The notes below the pieces were generated by a model. It made no database searches and was not told the origin of the DNA. It worked only from the letters and a program-made list of their open reading frames with translations. From the NCBI GenBank assembly GCA_010093995.1, contig ML992537.1:1-45718 (forward strand): a stretch of DNA of 45,718 nt, in the 5' to 3' direction. The position numbers were made by a program, and so were the translations under genes. Positions within the stretch are counted from its first letter, which is position 1, and every line of letters begins with the position of its first letter. Below are positions 43,611 to 45,718 of this stretch, piece after piece. The stretch is from Elsinoe ampelina. Lineage: Eukaryota.

Positions 43611-44884
43611 GATTGCGGTAGGTATGGAGTGGGGTGGGAGAGTTCTGGAGAGGTATGCGATGTAACGAGGGGAGAAAGAGAGTCGAGTAGGAGGAGTAGT
43701 GAAAACAAGTGGACCTACAATTCGACAGTCTAGTGGGCAGCTCGCCAGTTTTTATCACTCGTGATCGTGCCCTAGCATGTCAATCTCCCGACTTTTCACG
43801 ACGACCAGACCCCGCCATGAGACACTGCGGAGGGCGGAGGAAGGCTAGGGTTGCATCTGGAGTCGAGGAGATTCCGAAGAAAAGGCGTATGGTAGGGCCG
43901 ACTTGGATGATCCAGACTACTATCATTGGCTGCCGTGCGCGAATGGGGTGGTTTCCGAATGGCGGAGTAGATGTCCAAGAAGGGGCAAGCTCAGGTAAGC
44001 TTTCCGCCTCGCAATTTAGCGCCATTGAACACGTTTTGAGGAATCGGCCATTGTATTTCCGGGGATGGAGGATGATCCGAGTGAGCTGTCAGATAGTAGA
44101 GGCGACAGGCCTGGAACACGCTCTGAATGCTGATGTTGGAGAGAATCATTCGATGAGATATGAGGAATTCCTCTCGCCTTGCCCTCCCTTCCCAACCCCA
44201 TCCACTCACTCCATGTGTTGTGAATGAAGTCGTCCAAAGTCTCACCCCGGAGAAGTGCAAACGCCATCGGAAAAGCATAAACTCCAACTCTTCCAAAAAC
44301 GTGGGAGAAACACAAAAAGCCCTGCAAAAGCTCTGATAACACCACGGCTAAATAATTCCCCCGCCCGTTGAACACGAGAAGACGTCGGGAGCAAGCTCCA
44401 GAAGCATCAGAAGCTTTTTCAAGAAAAACCTTGCAAGCTCCACCGAAGCCTCAGCCAAGAACGCCGCCAAGAAGCTGGGTTTTGCTTCGTTTCACGAGCT
44501 GCAGCCCGCTTGCTTCCTTGTTCCTTCTGCCGCACGTCGTGAAGATGCGGATGCATGTCGATATCATAGCAGTGCACAGCCTCGTTCACACCCGGCTCAT
44601 GCTCGTGAACTGGTTTGATCCAAGATGCGACACTGCTTTTGCATCTCAATCTCTCACACGCAACGAGAACCGTGGGCTCCCCAGGTGCGGGGTCCATCCT
44701 CCGCGGGGCACGTTTTCGGCCTTGTCCGTAATCAACGCTGCAGTGGACCCACAGTGACCTTGCGCGACCAAAGGCCGACACAACATCTCGTGTCCCTTCA
44801 TCAAAACCGGCAACGGAAGATAATCATGCGGAGCGAATGGAAGTGATATTGATAACGGTCTTAGGTCGCCAAGAAGGAAAAGTC

Positions 44885-45644
44885 TTAGGTTGAGAGACTC
44901 CACGTACCAACCACTGCCATCAATGCTTCGATCTCGTCCCTCGCGTCGACCAACGACGTGCGCTCACTCCCTTCCGCCAACAGCATGCCTTCCAGTATCC
45001 TTCGCAATGCGGGCACCAACGCCTCCACAAAGTCCCGTATACTCCCACTCGCCATCTTCCTCTCTGCCATTCGCTCCCCGAGCTCTTCCGCCAGCACAGC
45101 ATCTTCTCCAAATCCAGTTCTCAGTTGCGCAAGGCGTCCCTGCCACTGTCCGTAAAAGCTCGAAGCTTGACCGGCATCGTAGATCCATCGAGGGGACGTC
45201 TCCCCTGAGCCTACATCGCCCACGAAGAGCTTGTAAATCTGGCAAGTATTAGTTGAAGTACTACCAGACGATGAACGAGGTAGGTGCTTACGGTCTTGGC
45301 TGCCAGCCAAACGTCTGAATACGGGCCTGTCTCGTTGAAGATGAGTTCGGGAGGAGGAGGTTCGAGAGATGTCAGAAGAGGTGAAGGTCGAAGGGAGGCG
45401 GGGTTGCAAAGGACGTGTGATTGGGCGAGACCCACAAGCTTGAACTTGTGGTAATCTCGTTGGAAAGGGATATCCAGCAGAGCGGCTCGGACGAGGTACC
45501 GAGGGACACTAGGTGCGTGCTCCTCGGGGTTACTTGTCAAGACCTCGCGGGTGATTGGGTCACCGCCCCAAAGGCTGAGCAGTTCTTGCTTGTCCATCTC
45601 TTGGACGGCCTGTACCTCTACCAGGAGTTTCTCGAATCTGACAT
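44885..45644 (-). CDS. 3' exons (45644-45292 and 45238-44885) of a protein-kinase-like, probably pseudokinase, gene continuing beyond the window
   Basis: Acceptor GCTAAC...CAG at 45645. Intron 45239-45291 (GTAAGC...CTAAT...CAG) joins the two overlapping ORFs in frame. The product DVRFEKLLV...GDP...PRYLV...FKLVGLAQS...PPELIF...SDVWLAAKT|IYKLFVG follows the subdomain VIb-IX order of fungal SRPK-like kinases. Confidence 0.6.
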
Positions 45645-45685
45645 CTGAAGGGCCTTGGTTAGCATGTCTGACTGTCACAGATGGT

Positions 45686-45718
45686 GGGTAAGTGATGGGT
45701 AAGTGATGGGTAAGTGAT
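45686..45718. repeat. Tandem 11-mer (GGGTAAGTGAT) x3, running off the window end
   Basis: Directly visible. Lies within the inferred upstream intron of the kinase-like gene. Confidence 0.85.

Noticed and set aside
45686..45718. Terminal tandem repeat as a telomere or CRISPR-like array
   Set aside because: The unit is an 11-mer rather than TTAGGG, has no spacers, and appears to lie inside an intron of a eukaryotic gene.

Overview
This is a eukaryotic window from a filamentous ascomycete (Pezizomycotina; Dothideomycete-like is my inference). The evidence is short spliceosomal introns with CTRAY branch points, Zn2Cys6 regulators and RIP-mutated repeats. The first ~490 bp are the RIP-degraded, AT-rich edge of a repeat. 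A gene-dense block follows: a hypothetical protein, a PIG3-type quinone oxidoreductase with a probable GC-AG intron, a ~2150-aa coiled-coil protein, SUA5, a GNAT acetyltransferase, MSH2, SGD1/NOM1, a secreted beta-helix protein, an orphan secreted protein, an ankyrin-DIL protein and RTA1. Next is a complete but heavily RIPed Ty1/Copia element (28850-35657, minus strand) with 140-bp LTRs, a GTGCA target-site duplication and a half-tRNAiMet PBS. After it come a Upc2-like Zn2Cys6 factor, a DthD/GolD-like SDR, a second fungal transcription factor with a 4-Cys zinc region, a quinate-permease-like sugar porter and the 3' part of a kinase-like gene. The most unusual signal is missing from the ORF track: a RIP-broken ~370-codon antisense gene with a DUF3716-like Cys motif and basic tail, lying between pol and the 3' LTR of the Copia element. 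Second is the uncharacterised secreted beta-helix gene, whose promoter carries four CCNCCAA (GaaR-type) motifs. All family assignments come from motif recognition by eye; no searches were run.
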